The notes under the pieces were generated by a model, which saw only the letters and a list, made by a program, of their open reading frames with translations, did no database searches and was not told the DNA's origin. From a virus, in IMG/VR virus record IMGVR_UViG_3300025018_000102, positions 32,001-96,000 of that record: 64,000 nt of DNA; one strand, written 5' to 3'. Below are positions 37,700 to 47,524 of this stretch, piece by piece (position 1 is the stretch's first letter; each line of letters begins with the position of its first letter). Made by a program: the position numbers and the translations under genes.

Positions 37700-38024
37700 A
37701 GGATTCTCTTTCTCTCTTTAGGGCCTCAAGCTCCTGTTCCAGGATATGGGCGTCAAGAACTAGATCGCTGCGCATCTCTGCGTGCTCTTCCAGGTCCGCG
37801 TCCACCTTAGCACGCTTTAGTGCCTCTTCGGCAAGTGCTTCCTTGTGTAGCAACTCGGCCATCTTGCGGCCGCGCCGCCAAGCCATGAAGCCAAAGACGG
37901 CTGTGAGGATGAGCACAAGCACTCCAGCAACCAGTCCGCCCACCCAGTTCCTGCCCGGAGTCTCCTTGTCCTTTTGGTTTCCTGACTGTACTAGCTTTTC
38001 TAGGGGGTTTGTACTCTCGTCCAT
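37578..38024 (-). CDS. inner-membrane spanin-like (Rz-like) protein
   Basis: N-proximal TM followed by a coiled coil; lysis-cassette position. Confidence 0.55.
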   Translation of the reverse strand: MDESTNPLEKLVQSGNQKDKETPGRNWVGGLVAGVLVLILTAVFGFMAWRRGRKMAELLHKEALAEEALKRAKVDADLEEHAEMRSDLVLDAHILEQELEALKRERESYAEKYQESRARLDSLTSWDDIDAYLRPTEPGLPGAPNDPD

Positions 38025-38113
38025 CTTTTTTCAACTTTCTGCACGTGGTCCACCCTTGACACTCTAATAGAATATTCCCATAAAGATCCAGCCTTCATGA
38101 TGCAGGGGAAATC

Positions 38114-38160
38114 AGGAGCCTGAAGGAGCCAAAGGGCTCAAGGAGCCTGAAAAGGCTTCT
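38114..38160. repeat. short direct repeats AGGAGCC(TGA) in the intergenic module junction
   Basis: AGGAGCC at 38114, 38124 and 38141, plus degenerate copies near 38133 and 38152. Confidence 0.55.
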
Positions 38161-38215
38161 TAGTGGGATAGATGATCTTAGTGTGGCTAACTCCTGAGTT
38201 ATGGCTATGAGGATA

Positions 38216-39064
38216 TTAGATGAACACTCGAAGCGCCAGAATATCCCACTGGGTCGGCGCGGGTCCGCCCGTCTGCGTTAGTATTCCGATTCCCCACCGA
38301 TCGAGCGCGAGCGGATCCCACGTTGCGCCCATCACGGAAGAGTTGCCAAGTTCGTATTGCGCGCCGCCTCGATCGGTTATGTTCGCGCCCGTGCGTCGGA
38401 TCGTTCCGGCGATTTCGCTCGTTGCGTTGTATCCGCTGACAATCGCCGTGACGATCGGCGGCGCCGCGACCGGCTTTGTTGCGATGGCTTGATAGCGCGT
38501 GAGTTTGTTCGCCGCCACGCCGAACGCGTTCGACTCGACTACTCCGTTGTTTATCATTGCGCTAGAGGAGTTTCCGTTGACTGAGCACGCTTGAATGAAC
38601 CCGTGAAAGTTGACCGCGCTATCATCGCAAAGCATCGCGATCCCGCCGCGCGTCGCGCTGCTGGTTCCCGCCGCGTTCCCGCTCACAACCTCAATCAAAT
38701 GATCGCGCGACTCTCCGACAAACGGCAACGGGTCAACGGCTAGAATCACATCCTGGACACCCGATCCGCCCGCGGACGAATAGCGCAACACGTTCCCCAT
38801 TGGAGTTGACGCAACGGACAAGGCGCCAGGCGATCCGCTCGTTGCGCTGAAGAACGCAGAAACGTTTTCAAACTGCGACGTGTCCACGCCGTTCCATTCG
38901 AAGACCAGCGATCCAAGCGGACCAGGGGGAGAAAGAGTGGCAATATCCGCAGCAGTTGTCTTGCCCGTGGTAGTCCCAGCAGCGTTTTCTACTATGAGCA
39001 CGCTGTCGCCAGCGAGGGCTTGTGTGGGAAGCGATGCTATCTTTACTTTAGGTATTTCAGCCAT
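38216..39064 (-). CDS. putative virion/tail fibre accessory protein
   Basis: VKIASLP...LIVE...TTGKTT fibre-attachment-type N-terminus; beta-rich C-terminal part. Confidence 0.6.
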   Translation of the reverse strand: MAEIPKVKIASLPTQALAGDSVLIVENAAGTTTGKTTAADIATLSPPGPLGSLVFEWNGVDTSQFENVSAFFSATSGSPGALSVASTPMGNVLRYSSAGGSGVQDVILAVDPLPFVGESRDHLIEVVSGNAAGTSSATRGGIAMLCDDSAVNFHGFIQACSVNGNSSSAMINNGVVESNAFGVAANKLTRYQAIATKPVAAPPIVTAIVSGYNATSEIAGTIRRTGANITDRGGAQYELGNSSVMGATWDPLALDRWGIGILTQTGGPAPTQWDILALRVFI

Positions 39065-39073
39065 TGTATTCTC

Positions 39074-39697
39074 TTAGTTCGGTATAATCAGGAAGCCATT
39101 AGCGGTCTCAATGAATGCCCCACTTGCTGCAGCGAGGAGTGGGGGCTCGAGCGCATCAGGAATGATAAGTTCTCTTAGGGATCCACCAATCCGGTCATCC
39201 TCCAGGCCGAGTGCGACCAACAGGGCTCGCGCATTTGCTCCTGGGCGAGTGTCGATGTGGGAGGGTGCATCAGCTAGGATATTGTCCACTTTCGTTCTAC
39301 GGGCCGTGGCATCCAGAGCCCTCTCAGCCACAATCGTGCCATCAGCGGCCCGGATGTTGGTGATGGTGATGCGATAGGATTGCCCAGGAGCATGGTACTT
39401 AGTGAGCAGTTCTACGTACCTGGTAGACACGAGGTTGCTTTGCACGGAGTCACTCTCTGCCTTAGGCACGGCAGGGAAGACCTTGATTGTGTCAACGTCC
39501 GTGAAGCCCAGGTTGTCAGCGAACTCTATTACGTAGTTGTTTGGGTCAAGCAGGTTGTCGTCTACGACTACGTCTCCACTAAACACAACTCTGATCTTAT
39601 TGGCGTCTAGAACGTCAATAGACTCAACAGTTGAAGAGGATGGATCTGTACCGTAAACGGTGGATGAACCATACTCAAATGTGCCAAATACTGCCAT
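39074..39697 (-). CDS. virion protein with Ig-like domain
   Basis: IRVVFS.DV...DPNNYVI...YRITITNIRAADG. Confidence 0.6.
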   Translation of the reverse strand: MAVFGTFEYGSSTVYGTDPSSSTVESIDVLDANKIRVVFSGDVVVDDNLLDPNNYVIEFADNLGFTDVDTIKVFPAVPKAESDSVQSNLVSTRYVELLTKYHAPGQSYRITITNIRAADGTIVAERALDATARRTKVDNILADAPSHIDTRPGANARALLVALGLEDDRIGGSLRELIIPDALEPPLLAAASGAFIETANGFLIIPN

Positions 39698-39744
39698 TGT
39701 TTACATTACCCGATCACCGATCCATAAGTCGCAGAGACCAAACG

Positions 39745-41367
39745 TCACGCGAGCGCCGTCCCGTACTCGACGTGATGCCGGCAGCCATGCACAAGCGCGA
39801 GTGTTGGTGTGAACGCGGTGCGAGCGATGAACCACTCGCCCACACGCATTTGCAGTCCGAGTGTCCCGCCTATGTACGCTAGGATGGAGTGATCGCCACC
39901 GTCTGCCCATGTGATCGTCGCCGCCGGTGCATCTTCGTCTTCGAGACGTCCGCCGCGATAGCCGCGCTGTGTCACTCCGCTTTCAAACGTACCAACCATC
40001 GAAGTGGGTATCTCGAGAGGCACGGACGTTCCGGTAAACGTCGTGTCCGCTCCGTTCTGTAGCGCGGTGTTTCCCGCGCTGCCCGGGGTGTAAATGCGAG
40101 GCTGTCCCGAGTTTGCTGCGAGGCAGAGTATTCTCGCATTAGAGGAATAGGCTATGATCTCCATCGCAAAGCCCATAGCGTGCTCATCGCTAGCACCACC
40201 AAGATCAAAGGCAGTCTTGAGTAGGTAGCGAAGCCCGTCGTCTGACTCAAGAACGCGCTTGCCATTCCAGCGCCCACCAGGATCGGTGATCACGAGCGGC
40301 TGAAACGCTGGCGTGGATTGAGACAACATGTTGCCGTTGCCGCTAAGGTCGGTCGCATCTTCTGCGAAGATGTCCGGCCCCAACACGCGTTCGGTCACGT
40401 TGCCCGATTCGGCATTGCAAAGAACGCGCAATCCTGGAATCTCAAGCGCGGTCTGGTCCACGTGCGCCCAGGTGCGCTTGAGTGCTGCACGAACTTCCGC
40501 TACCTTCACGTCGGACAAGATCCCAGGGTACAGCGCGAGGAACCTGAACTTGCCGGTCCACTCATCCGTCCCGCCACGAAAAGCTCCGACCGCCAGTTCG
40601 ACGTTGGCGGTAAGGCGGTTGTTGTATGTAACGCCCTGCTCGCTGGTGCGTTCCGCGGCGTGATAGAGCGAGCGGTTCCCGAGACCGCTTGTGCCGTTGA
40701 GACGCCAGACGCCCAGTTCCATCGCACCAGTGACGGGCGGCGCGTAGTCCCTGTAGGAAGAGTCGAAAAGCCTTAGTGAACTGGATTGATGTCGAAGCAG
40801 AATCCGCGCGGTCCCCGCCTGGTAAAAGTCGAAGATCGTTCCCGAGTCGGTCGATCCATTTGGCGTATCGAATAGTGCGACGACGGTATACTCAGAGGAT
40901 GCACACGTGACCGTTCCCGAGCCCTGAAGTCGACCCGATCCGGTGAACTCAACCGCGGCGCCTTCCGCATCGCTAACCGTGGTGATGCCCGAGCCGGTTA
41001 CCCCTTGATCCCAATTTGCGCCACCCGTTCCGCGGTTCACGATCGATGCACCAGGGCCAACGGCAGAATCCGCGGCTGAGAGCCACGCGAGCGCGCTCGA
41101 CCCGATGACCGCAGTCAGGTGGTAGCCTACATCACTGTCTAGGATCTCGATCTCGTCACCGACAAGCGTCGCGGGGATCGTGTACGTGCCCCCGCTAGTC
41201 AGTCCAGACGCGAGTTCCGACGAGTCGCTTGCGCGCTGCACGGTGTATGGAGGCGTGCCACCAGTAATCGTAAGAACGCCATCTTCGCGTTCGGTTCCAG
41301 ACACAGCGAAGGGACCCGCGACTGGTGGCGTGTATTGAAGCAGTCCTGCTAGAAGTCCTGGAAGCAT
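39745..41367 (-). CDS. putative receptor-binding protein with two LamG/concanavalin-like domains
   Basis: ITGGTPPYT; WLSAD...VEFTG...LAVGA...WTGKFRFLALYPGILS; DLSGNGNMLSQ..QP. Confidence 0.65.
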   Translation of the reverse strand: MLPGLLAGLLQYTPPVAGPFAVSGTEREDGVLTITGGTPPYTVQRASDSSELASGLTSGGTYTIPATLVGDEIEILDSDVGYHLTAVIGSSALAWLSAADSAVGPGASIVNRGTGGANWDQGVTGSGITTVSDAEGAAVEFTGSGRLQGSGTVTCASSEYTVVALFDTPNGSTDSGTIFDFYQAGTARILLRHQSSSLRLFDSSYRDYAPPVTGAMELGVWRLNGTSGLGNRSLYHAAERTSEQGVTYNNRLTANVELAVGAFRGGTDEWTGKFRFLALYPGILSDVKVAEVRAALKRTWAHVDQTALEIPGLRVLCNAESGNVTERVLGPDIFAEDATDLSGNGNMLSQSTPAFQPLVITDPGGRWNGKRVLESDDGLRYLLKTAFDLGGASDEHAMGFAMEIIAYSSNARILCLAANSGQPRIYTPGSAGNTALQNGADTTFTGTSVPLEIPTSMVGTFESGVTQRGYRGGRLEDEDAPAATITWADGGDHSILAYIGGTLGLQMRVGEWFIARTAFTPTLALVHGCRHHVEYGTALA

Positions 41368-41370
41368 CGA

Positions 41371-43110
41371 TTACACGTAGGTGAAGGCGCCAGTGAGTAG
41401 AACGGTGTCAGATGCGAGCCAAATGAGGGTGCACGGGGCGTATTGATCGTTCATCGAAAACGACCCCGCACCACTGGTCTGTCCATCTCCACCAAAGATG
41501 TCGATGCCTGTGTCTGCGATGAAGTTGATCTGACTGCCGGAAATCATGTTGGTGACGACGCATGAGTCTCCCGCCGTCCCCGTCTTTACCGTGATGTTGC
41601 GGGTGAGATCTGTGCCGGTGTGCCGTATCACTTGGTTGTTGTTCTGTGCCCCAGTGATGTCCGTGTAAATACCGCCGCTTAGGTATTGGGCGTCGTCGAT
41701 CTCGAAGATGGTGAGCCTAACGGGTCCTTTTGCCGAGAGCTTGGTGTCTGTGTCGTCCCGAACCTCGACAATGGCAGCCTGCACATCGGTAGCAGCGATG
41801 TCCCCGTCGGGTGTGAAGGAAAGTTCCGACGCTGTGTCAGGGGTGGTGATTGTTACCTGACCCCCAGAGTTCACTACAGTGGCGCCCTCAAACACGAACG
41901 AGTTCACGTTCGACGTCCTAGGGGGGTTCTCTACCCCCGGCGCGCCCTGGTAGACAGAGATGGGTCGGTAGAAGTGGGGCAGGAGCCATACCTCTGTAGT
42001 AGTTCTCCACAGCAAGGTGACCGTGTCGTACTGATTGAGGGCGAACGTGTTGTTCCCTGCGAATACTAGGGTGGCTGTCCCCTCCACAAGGTTGATCCCT
42101 GCTGCGTCTTCGAACCCCGCACCCAGCCTGCTCAAAAGACACCAGCGGCCAGCAGTGCCCGAGTTGACAGTCACCTCGACGTCCGCTCCGTCGCTGGCCG
42201 CTGTGTAGGTCCGATGCGTATCCACCGTGGTCCCGTCCAGCGTGTCTGTTCTGGCGGCAACCGTGACCTCCGTGAAACCGGCCTGGAGCCCTGCCAGTTT
42301 GGTGAAGTCGGCGGAGGCCATGAAGCCATCCGCGATGGCGCTAGCTACAGAGTGAAGGGTTCCTCCAGGAAGGTTGCCGTGGCTATGGACGTGGTCAGAA
42401 GCAGCTAGTGAAGTAGCTGAACCTGCTGAGTTGGCAATACCAACGGAGGAAGGGGTGCCAGTCGTGACATCGTGCTTATGATCTGCTCTTGCAGCTTCAG
42501 TGGACACTCCAACAGCCGCTGCTGTGGTGGTTACGTTAGCAGGAGCAGAAGATGTAAGAGTCACACCGCCAGGGATGGTAACTACCACTTCGCCGGGAGT
42601 CGTGGGCTCAGTAACAGTAACCCCCGCACCTACAAAGTCCATGTAGGTTACTGGGGCAGAGGAAGCGCTTCCTCCTTCATCTAGTACAGTTAGACTGCCT
42701 GAGATAGTGACATCAATCTCCCCTGGGGTGCCCTCAATGGCGGTTACTCCAGGACCGGTGAAGTTAAGTATGGTTACAGGAACAGTGTTTGCTGTGCCTC
42801 CCTCGTCTTGTACCTCAAGAGATCCTGCTCCTGCGCCTGAAACAGTCACCGTCACCACTCCGGCAGAGTTGGTGGCGGTTACTCCAGCGCCAGTGAAGTT
42901 GATGGACGTAGTAGCAGTTGAAAGGACCGCGCCTTCATCACGGGTGGTGAGAGGGCTCAGTCCAGACTGAATGGTCTCGAGTTGGATGATCGCCGCAGCA
43001 AGAGAGTTTACGTGAGACGCAAGAACGTCATGGACATTATCCGACAGTGTAGGAAAGTCCGTTGTAGTGTCATCAACACTACCTGGACTCCCGTTATAGC
43101 CAGTTGACCA
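41371..43110 (-). CDS. tail fibre protein; frame extends about 84 codons upstream of the GTG at 42858 but has no canonical start there
   Basis: Repeats of DEG...NFTGAGVT; HxH motifs ADHKH and SDHVH; upstream extension STGYNGSPGSVDD...ASHVNSLAAAIIQLET. Confidence 0.75.
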   Translation of the reverse strand, partial: WSTGYNGSPGSVDDTTTDFPTLSDNVHDVLASHVNSLAAAIIQLETIQSGLSPLTTRDEGAVLSTATTSINFTGAGVTATNSAGVVTVTVSGAGAGSLEVQDEGGTANTVPVTILNFTGPGVTAIEGTPGEIDVTISGSLTVLDEGGSASSAPVTYMDFVGAGVTVTEPTTPGEVVVTIPGGVTLTSSAPANVTTTAAAVGVSTEAARADHKHDVTTGTPSSVGIANSAGSATSLAASDHVHSHGNLPGGTLHSVASAIADGFMASADFTKLAGLQAGFTEVTVAARTDTLDGTTVDTHRTYTAASDGADVEVTVNSGTAGRWCLLSRLGAGFEDAAGINLVEGTATLVFAGNNTFALNQYDTVTLLWRTTTEVWLLPHFYRPISVYQGAPGVENPPRTSNVNSFVFEGATVVNSGGQVTITTPDTASELSFTPDGDIAATDVQAAIVEVRDDTDTKLSAKGPVRLTIFEIDDAQYLSGGIYTDITGAQNNNQVIRHTGTDLTRNITVKTGTAGDSCVVTNMISGSQINFIADTGIDIFGGDGQTSGAGSFSMNDQYAPCTLIWLASDTVLLTGAFTYV

Positions 43111-43118
43111 GTTTAGGA

Positions 43119-43459
43119 CTACTCCGATAGCGCAGCCTTCTCTTTCTCCGCTAAAAATGACTTAGCGATATCACTTTTTCTAGACAGCACAGGATCCCCT
43201 GTATAGAGTATTTTTGACAACTTTATGGCCTTTTTACTCTTTAAAGACATAGTGAAAAACCCAGGTGTCACTTCACGAGGCTGAAGAAACTTCTAAACTT
43301 GTCAACATGGTCCCGGTCCTTTAACACCAGTGTAATGCACGGGGACCATGTCTTGTACTGATGTACATTGCCGTCAGTAGCCAGCATTCCGAGCCAGTAC
43401 AAAGACTCTGGAGTGAGTCTTTCAAAAGCTCCAGTATTGTGGCTTAACTTGCGGTTCAC
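43119..43459 (-). pseudogene. frameshifted LAGLIDADG homing endonuclease remnant
   Basis: YWLGMLATDG...KDRDHVDKFRSFF in one frame, continued in another frame by SKKAIKLSKILY..DPVLSRK up to TAG at 43119; locally AT-rich. Confidence 0.75.
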
Positions 43460-43472
43460 TGACGGCTACTCC

Positions 43473-44018
43473 TTACTTGCTCGCAGGAGGGTCTAGTTCA
43501 CCGTCACCATCCGCATCAATGGGCTGCCCCATGATCCGGCGGCCCAGGAGGGACCAAAGACCGCCCGCGGCTAGACCCGCCGATAGTCCACGCATAGCCA
43601 CTTCCAGCCAGTTGACGCCTTCCACGCCGTCGTTGACGTCCAAATACAGGGCGGTAGCGAATGCTGCAAGAACACCCGCAACAGCTGCGACCCAAATCTT
43701 GGCCTGGCCCTTCACGAACTTGGAGATGAACGGGACCTTAGTCGCGCCGAAAACAAGTAGCATGATAAGAAGAGATACAAAAAGTGACCACTCACCGCCT
43801 CGAGCCGCCTCAAAGACCGCTTGGACCAACGCGCCGCCCTCTTCAGGCATGGCCACTGGAGCAGAGGCCCCGGCGTCTACTGCGGAGTCCATGATGCCGG
43901 AGTCCATGATGCCGGCATCAGACACTCCTGCGTCCACTCCAGCCTCTTGGGCAAAGCCAACTGCTGGGGCCATTACAGCCACCATAACCAAAAACATTCT
44001 TGTGAACTTCATACTCAT
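43473..44018 (-). CDS. holin-like membrane protein with signal peptide and DAG repeats
   Basis: Signal peptide, DAG/DSG low-complexity linker, then 3 TM segments ending GLSAGLAAGGLWS. Confidence 0.6.
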   Translation of the reverse strand: MSMKFTRMFLVMVAVMAPAVGFAQEAGVDAGVSDAGIMDSGIMDSAVDAGASAPVAMPEEGGALVQAVFEAARGGEWSLFVSLLIMLLVFGATKVPFISKFVKGQAKIWVAAVAGVLAAFATALYLDVNDGVEGVNWLEVAMRGLSAGLAAGGLWSLLGRRIMGQPIDADGDGELDPPASK

Positions 44019-44023
44019 AAACC

Positions 44024-47000
44024 TTAGGTTGTTACATTATTAGTTGAGGTAATACCGGCGCCACCACCAGTGTTGATGGCGCCAACCTCGACGCCATTGA
44101 ATCCGGTGTAGTTGCCGTTGACTAGAGTGTAGGTGGATGCAACGAAACTAATAGCGTCTGTGGCGTCATTTGGGTTCACCCTGTTGCTATTCACCACTCC
44201 CCTTACGACATTTGTGAATAGTACTGTATCTTCTACGGAAACTCCAGAACTAACATGGTCCCAGTATACCACATTCCCAGAGAACGAGAAACTATCCAAA
44301 CCGGTACAAACCACTGCGGATTCGGTCCTAGCAGTTGCATTAGGCTGATCTCCCATGAAGGTGTTCCCGTTAATGCACACCCCAAACGCGTCTCCTGTTG
44401 CGCTAATGAAGGAGAAGGCCGTGGCGTCTGCAGCGAAGGTGTCCTCCAAGACGGTGTTACCTGAGAAGGTCAGCCCCTTGTTGCCTGCGCCAGAGGTGAC
44501 AATCTGGAACCCGCGTGCTCGTACCGTCGCACCTCCCATGGTGACGGTGTTTCCGGTGACACTGAATCCCTCAAATGGGCTTCCGCTCAGTGCGGTCATC
44601 ACGATGCCCCCATAGGTCTCACCGGCCATTAGGACTGAGTTGCTTCCGATACTTCCGGAGGAGACGTTACCTCCCACCTCAGTAGTTACAAGGATTCCGT
44701 TGGCCGTGGTATCTCCACACCTCACTGAGTTACCAGTGATCGAGTGCCTTACGGGATTGATGGACTTGATGCCCGCCGCGGCCGCGGAGAGGGAGTTGCT
44801 TGTAGTGATTGGCTCCACAGAGTTGCCAGAGATTGTGGCGTTCGGTGTGCCTCTGACAACGATTCCTCCAACAAACGACGTAGTTCCTACGCCTCCCTGA
44901 ACTGAGTTGCCGGTAACGGTGACCCCGCTGCCGCCATCGACTCGGATGCCCACAGTGTCCGCGGCGGACGCCGTAGACGAGTACTCCCGAATGACGTTCC
45001 CAGAGATGGTGCCGTGCCCTACTCCCGAGTTTAACACGCAACTAATGCCATAGGCCCCACCGGTGGCCCCATCAGAGGTGACCTTGTTTCCCGTAATCTC
45101 GAACACGTGGGGCCCAGTGACAGACACTCCATAGGCGATCCTGTCGGAACTAGTGACATCAAACTCATTCCCCGAAATCTCTAGGTCCACGGGGGAGGTG
45201 GAGTTGATTAGTACACCGTACTTGTCCCCTGTAGAAGATGGGATAGAGAGCTGGTTGTTTCGGATGCGCACGTCGCTACCAGTCACGGCGGCGTCGAACT
45301 GAACCAGCGCGTGGGTTGGAGTAGCTCCAACCACCGCAAGGGCTGCGGAGGCAATGATATTTCCAGAAATGAGAGTGTCTGTGTTAGCCCCTGAAAGCAT
45401 GTGCCAGAACCGATAGCACTCCTGGAACCTGTTCTCTGTGATTACACAGGAATCCACCAGCCCATTCGCAAATCCTGCAAATGTCACATAAGATCCTCCA
45501 GTAACTTCGAAGTTGTTCCCGTGTACATGCAAGTCACTGATGTCTGAGTTGTAGTAGAAGATGTAAGAGGGACTTGCCTCTGTGCTCCCCGCCACCACTG
45601 CAGTAACTCTGTTGTAGGCCCAACTGTGGTTTGTGAAGGCCACAAAAGACGGAGTGTAGATGAGTACTGGCGAGCCCCCTGTTGTAGCTGCAGTAATGCG
45701 GTTCTCATGCACTGAGAGAAAGTCTAGGTCTGCGTCTACATAGAACAGCACACTGCCGATTGCCAGGTTGTTGCCGCGGACTTCGATATTGGCAGATGCA
45801 ACAGCGCCGGCGATGTAGAAGAGGCTGGTACATGTCATGGCACAGTCAGCCACGACGACTTGGTTCACCTGTCCGTGGAAAAGGAATCCCACTGTGCCAG
45901 AGCACCTTTGGACGATGCAGTTGGCGAACACGGATGTTCCTCCTGCGTTGCCAAACACGGCGACACCAGAGCCAGCGGAGAACCGGCAATCCACAGCATG
46001 GACGCGGTTGTCCACGAGCCCGCTCCTCACAAAGGTGCCGCTGAACGCACACTGCTGAAGATGCAGGCGGCCTAGGCCCGTAAGGTCGATGATCTCAATG
46101 TCTCCAGTGCCCTGCTGCACTGTCAGGTCTCGCATCGCCACCACGTCGGTAGAGGCACCGGCCCCCACTTCAAACGCTGGGGCACCAACCACATTAGATA
46201 CAATGATAGTGGAACTCCGGCCCATTCCCTGCACTGTCATCGCCCGGTCAAGAGCCACAGTGTTGGTGAGGGTGTACGTGCCGTTCTTCACTAGAATGGT
46301 GCCACTGGCGGGACTAGTTGCTGCTAAGGCCGCAACGGCGGCAATGAACGGTGTCTCGTCCGTTCCGTTGAAGTCGCCGAAGGAGTTTACACCGTCTCCA
46401 ATGGAGACCGTGTTGCTGCGCGCGCCGGTGATTGAGCCCGACGGGTCCAAGTACCTCGGGTGGGTGCTGAAGGATGCAGGAGGAGTGTTCGCCGTGCTCT
46501 CGTCCGATCTTGGAGAGCCAAATCGCATGTCCCGAATCTGGGCAGCGAGAAAGTCTGTGTAGTCCTTTAGGGTCTTTAGACTTAGGTCGTCTCTGTCCCC
46601 GAAAGTCTCCTTAGACTTCATGAGCCCCGATCCACGGATCTCATCCCCCTGGAACATCTTAGGGGTTCGTTCCGGATGGGCCGTGTCAGAGGGGAGGGTC
46701 CGCTCCTGCATTAGGCGGGCGGTGCCAGAGGTTCTGCGGACAATCGCTCCTGCCTGATGAGCGCTTAGGAGGGCGGGTGCAACGGTGAGGATGTTGTTGT
46801 CCCCATCCACTGAGGACACCACAACAGCCTCGGGGGCCGCGCCACCTAGGTCAACTGTGATGTTGTCGGTGGCGTTGAACAGCCGGGCGCTCACGACCGG
46901 GATCCTAGTCTGGCCGATGGACACATCCCCGTCCGTGACGGTCGAGGGCTGCACCGTGGCCAACCCTGTGTTCACTGCTCCGGTGATCTCATTAGCACCG

Positions 47001-47524
47001 TCAGTCACAAGGATGGCCAACGGGATCCGGGTAGAACTAGGGTTAGAGGTCGCCTGGAAACCTGTTGTGCTTACTGGGCGAACGATCCGCCACGTGGGAG
47101 CGGTGCGGGTAGCCACAGACAAAGGGAACTCCCGCCCGTCCTCACTCGCGCCGTTGTCAAAACTGGGATCCCAGAACCCTCTTGAGTCGACGTCGGACGG
47201 AGTCTCGAGACGCTCCACCTCAACATAGAAAGTGGTGGATGAGCCGCTGAGTGTTACTGTGAGTTGGGTAGCCGGGAGGTCCTCTTCATGCACCAAGGCC
47301 CCATCGCGGTCTACAGCAGTCCCGTTGAATACCGTGATCTGTCCTGGGAAGGCCGCCTGGTCGTCGATCTGCACCCGGAACCCCTCAAGAACCCTGGACC
47401 GGTGGTCGATCACCGTCTTCTCGGTGTTTAACTTGGTGTTGTCTCGAGGGTACACAACTGTGCCCTGCTCGAAATCTCCAAGATCTACACGTTCATTTGG
47501 GTGTACTTTGAGTGATTTTGTCAT
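44024..47524 (-). CDS. tail fibre/tailspike with right-handed beta-helix
   Basis: GDFNGTDE..FIAAVAAL..GTILVKNGTY cap followed by many ISGN/ITGN repeats. Confidence 0.85.
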   Translation of the reverse strand: MTKSLKVHPNERVDLGDFEQGTVVYPRDNTKLNTEKTVIDHRSRVLEGFRVQIDDQAAFPGQITVFNGTAVDRDGALVHEEDLPATQLTVTLSGSSTTFYVEVERLETPSDVDSRGFWDPSFDNGASEDGREFPLSVATRTAPTWRIVRPVSTTGFQATSNPSSTRIPLAILVTDGANEITGAVNTGLATVQPSTVTDGDVSIGQTRIPVVSARLFNATDNITVDLGGAAPEAVVVSSVDGDNNILTVAPALLSAHQAGAIVRRTSGTARLMQERTLPSDTAHPERTPKMFQGDEIRGSGLMKSKETFGDRDDLSLKTLKDYTDFLAAQIRDMRFGSPRSDESTANTPPASFSTHPRYLDPSGSITGARSNTVSIGDGVNSFGDFNGTDETPFIAAVAALAATSPASGTILVKNGTYTLTNTVALDRAMTVQGMGRSSTIIVSNVVGAPAFEVGAGASTDVVAMRDLTVQQGTGDIEIIDLTGLGRLHLQQCAFSGTFVRSGLVDNRVHAVDCRFSAGSGVAVFGNAGGTSVFANCIVQRCSGTVGFLFHGQVNQVVVADCAMTCTSLFYIAGAVASANIEVRGNNLAIGSVLFYVDADLDFLSVHENRITAATTGGSPVLIYTPSFVAFTNHSWAYNRVTAVVAGSTEASPSYIFYYNSDISDLHVHGNNFEVTGGSYVTFAGFANGLVDSCVITENRFQECYRFWHMLSGANTDTLISGNIIASAALAVVGATPTHALVQFDAAVTGSDVRIRNNQLSIPSSTGDKYGVLINSTSPVDLEISGNEFDVTSSDRIAYGVSVTGPHVFEITGNKVTSDGATGGAYGISCVLNSGVGHGTISGNVIREYSSTASAADTVGIRVDGGSGVTVTGNSVQGGVGTTSFVGGIVVRGTPNATISGNSVEPITTSNSLSAAAAGIKSINPVRHSITGNSVRCGDTTANGILVTTEVGGNVSSGSIGSNSVLMAGETYGGIVMTALSGSPFEGFSVTGNTVTMGGATVRARGFQIVTSGAGNKGLTFSGNTVLEDTFAADATAFSFISATGDAFGVCINGNTFMGDQPNATARTESAVVCTGLDSFSFSGNVVYWDHVSSGVSVEDTVLFTNVVRGVVNSNRVNPNDATDAISFVASTYTLVNGNYTGFNGVEVGAINTGGGAGITSTNNVTT

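Noticed and set aside
38114-38160. CRISPR mini-array
   Set aside because: Repeats are 7-10 nt with no spacers of CRISPR length. No array or cas gene was seen anywhere in the window.
43100-43470. Group I intron explaining the missing tail fibre start and the LAGLIDADG remnant
   Set aside because: Only 13 nt separate the holin stop from the endonuclease start, leaving no room for an exon plus catalytic core. TAGTCC is present but I saw no matching P7 partner.
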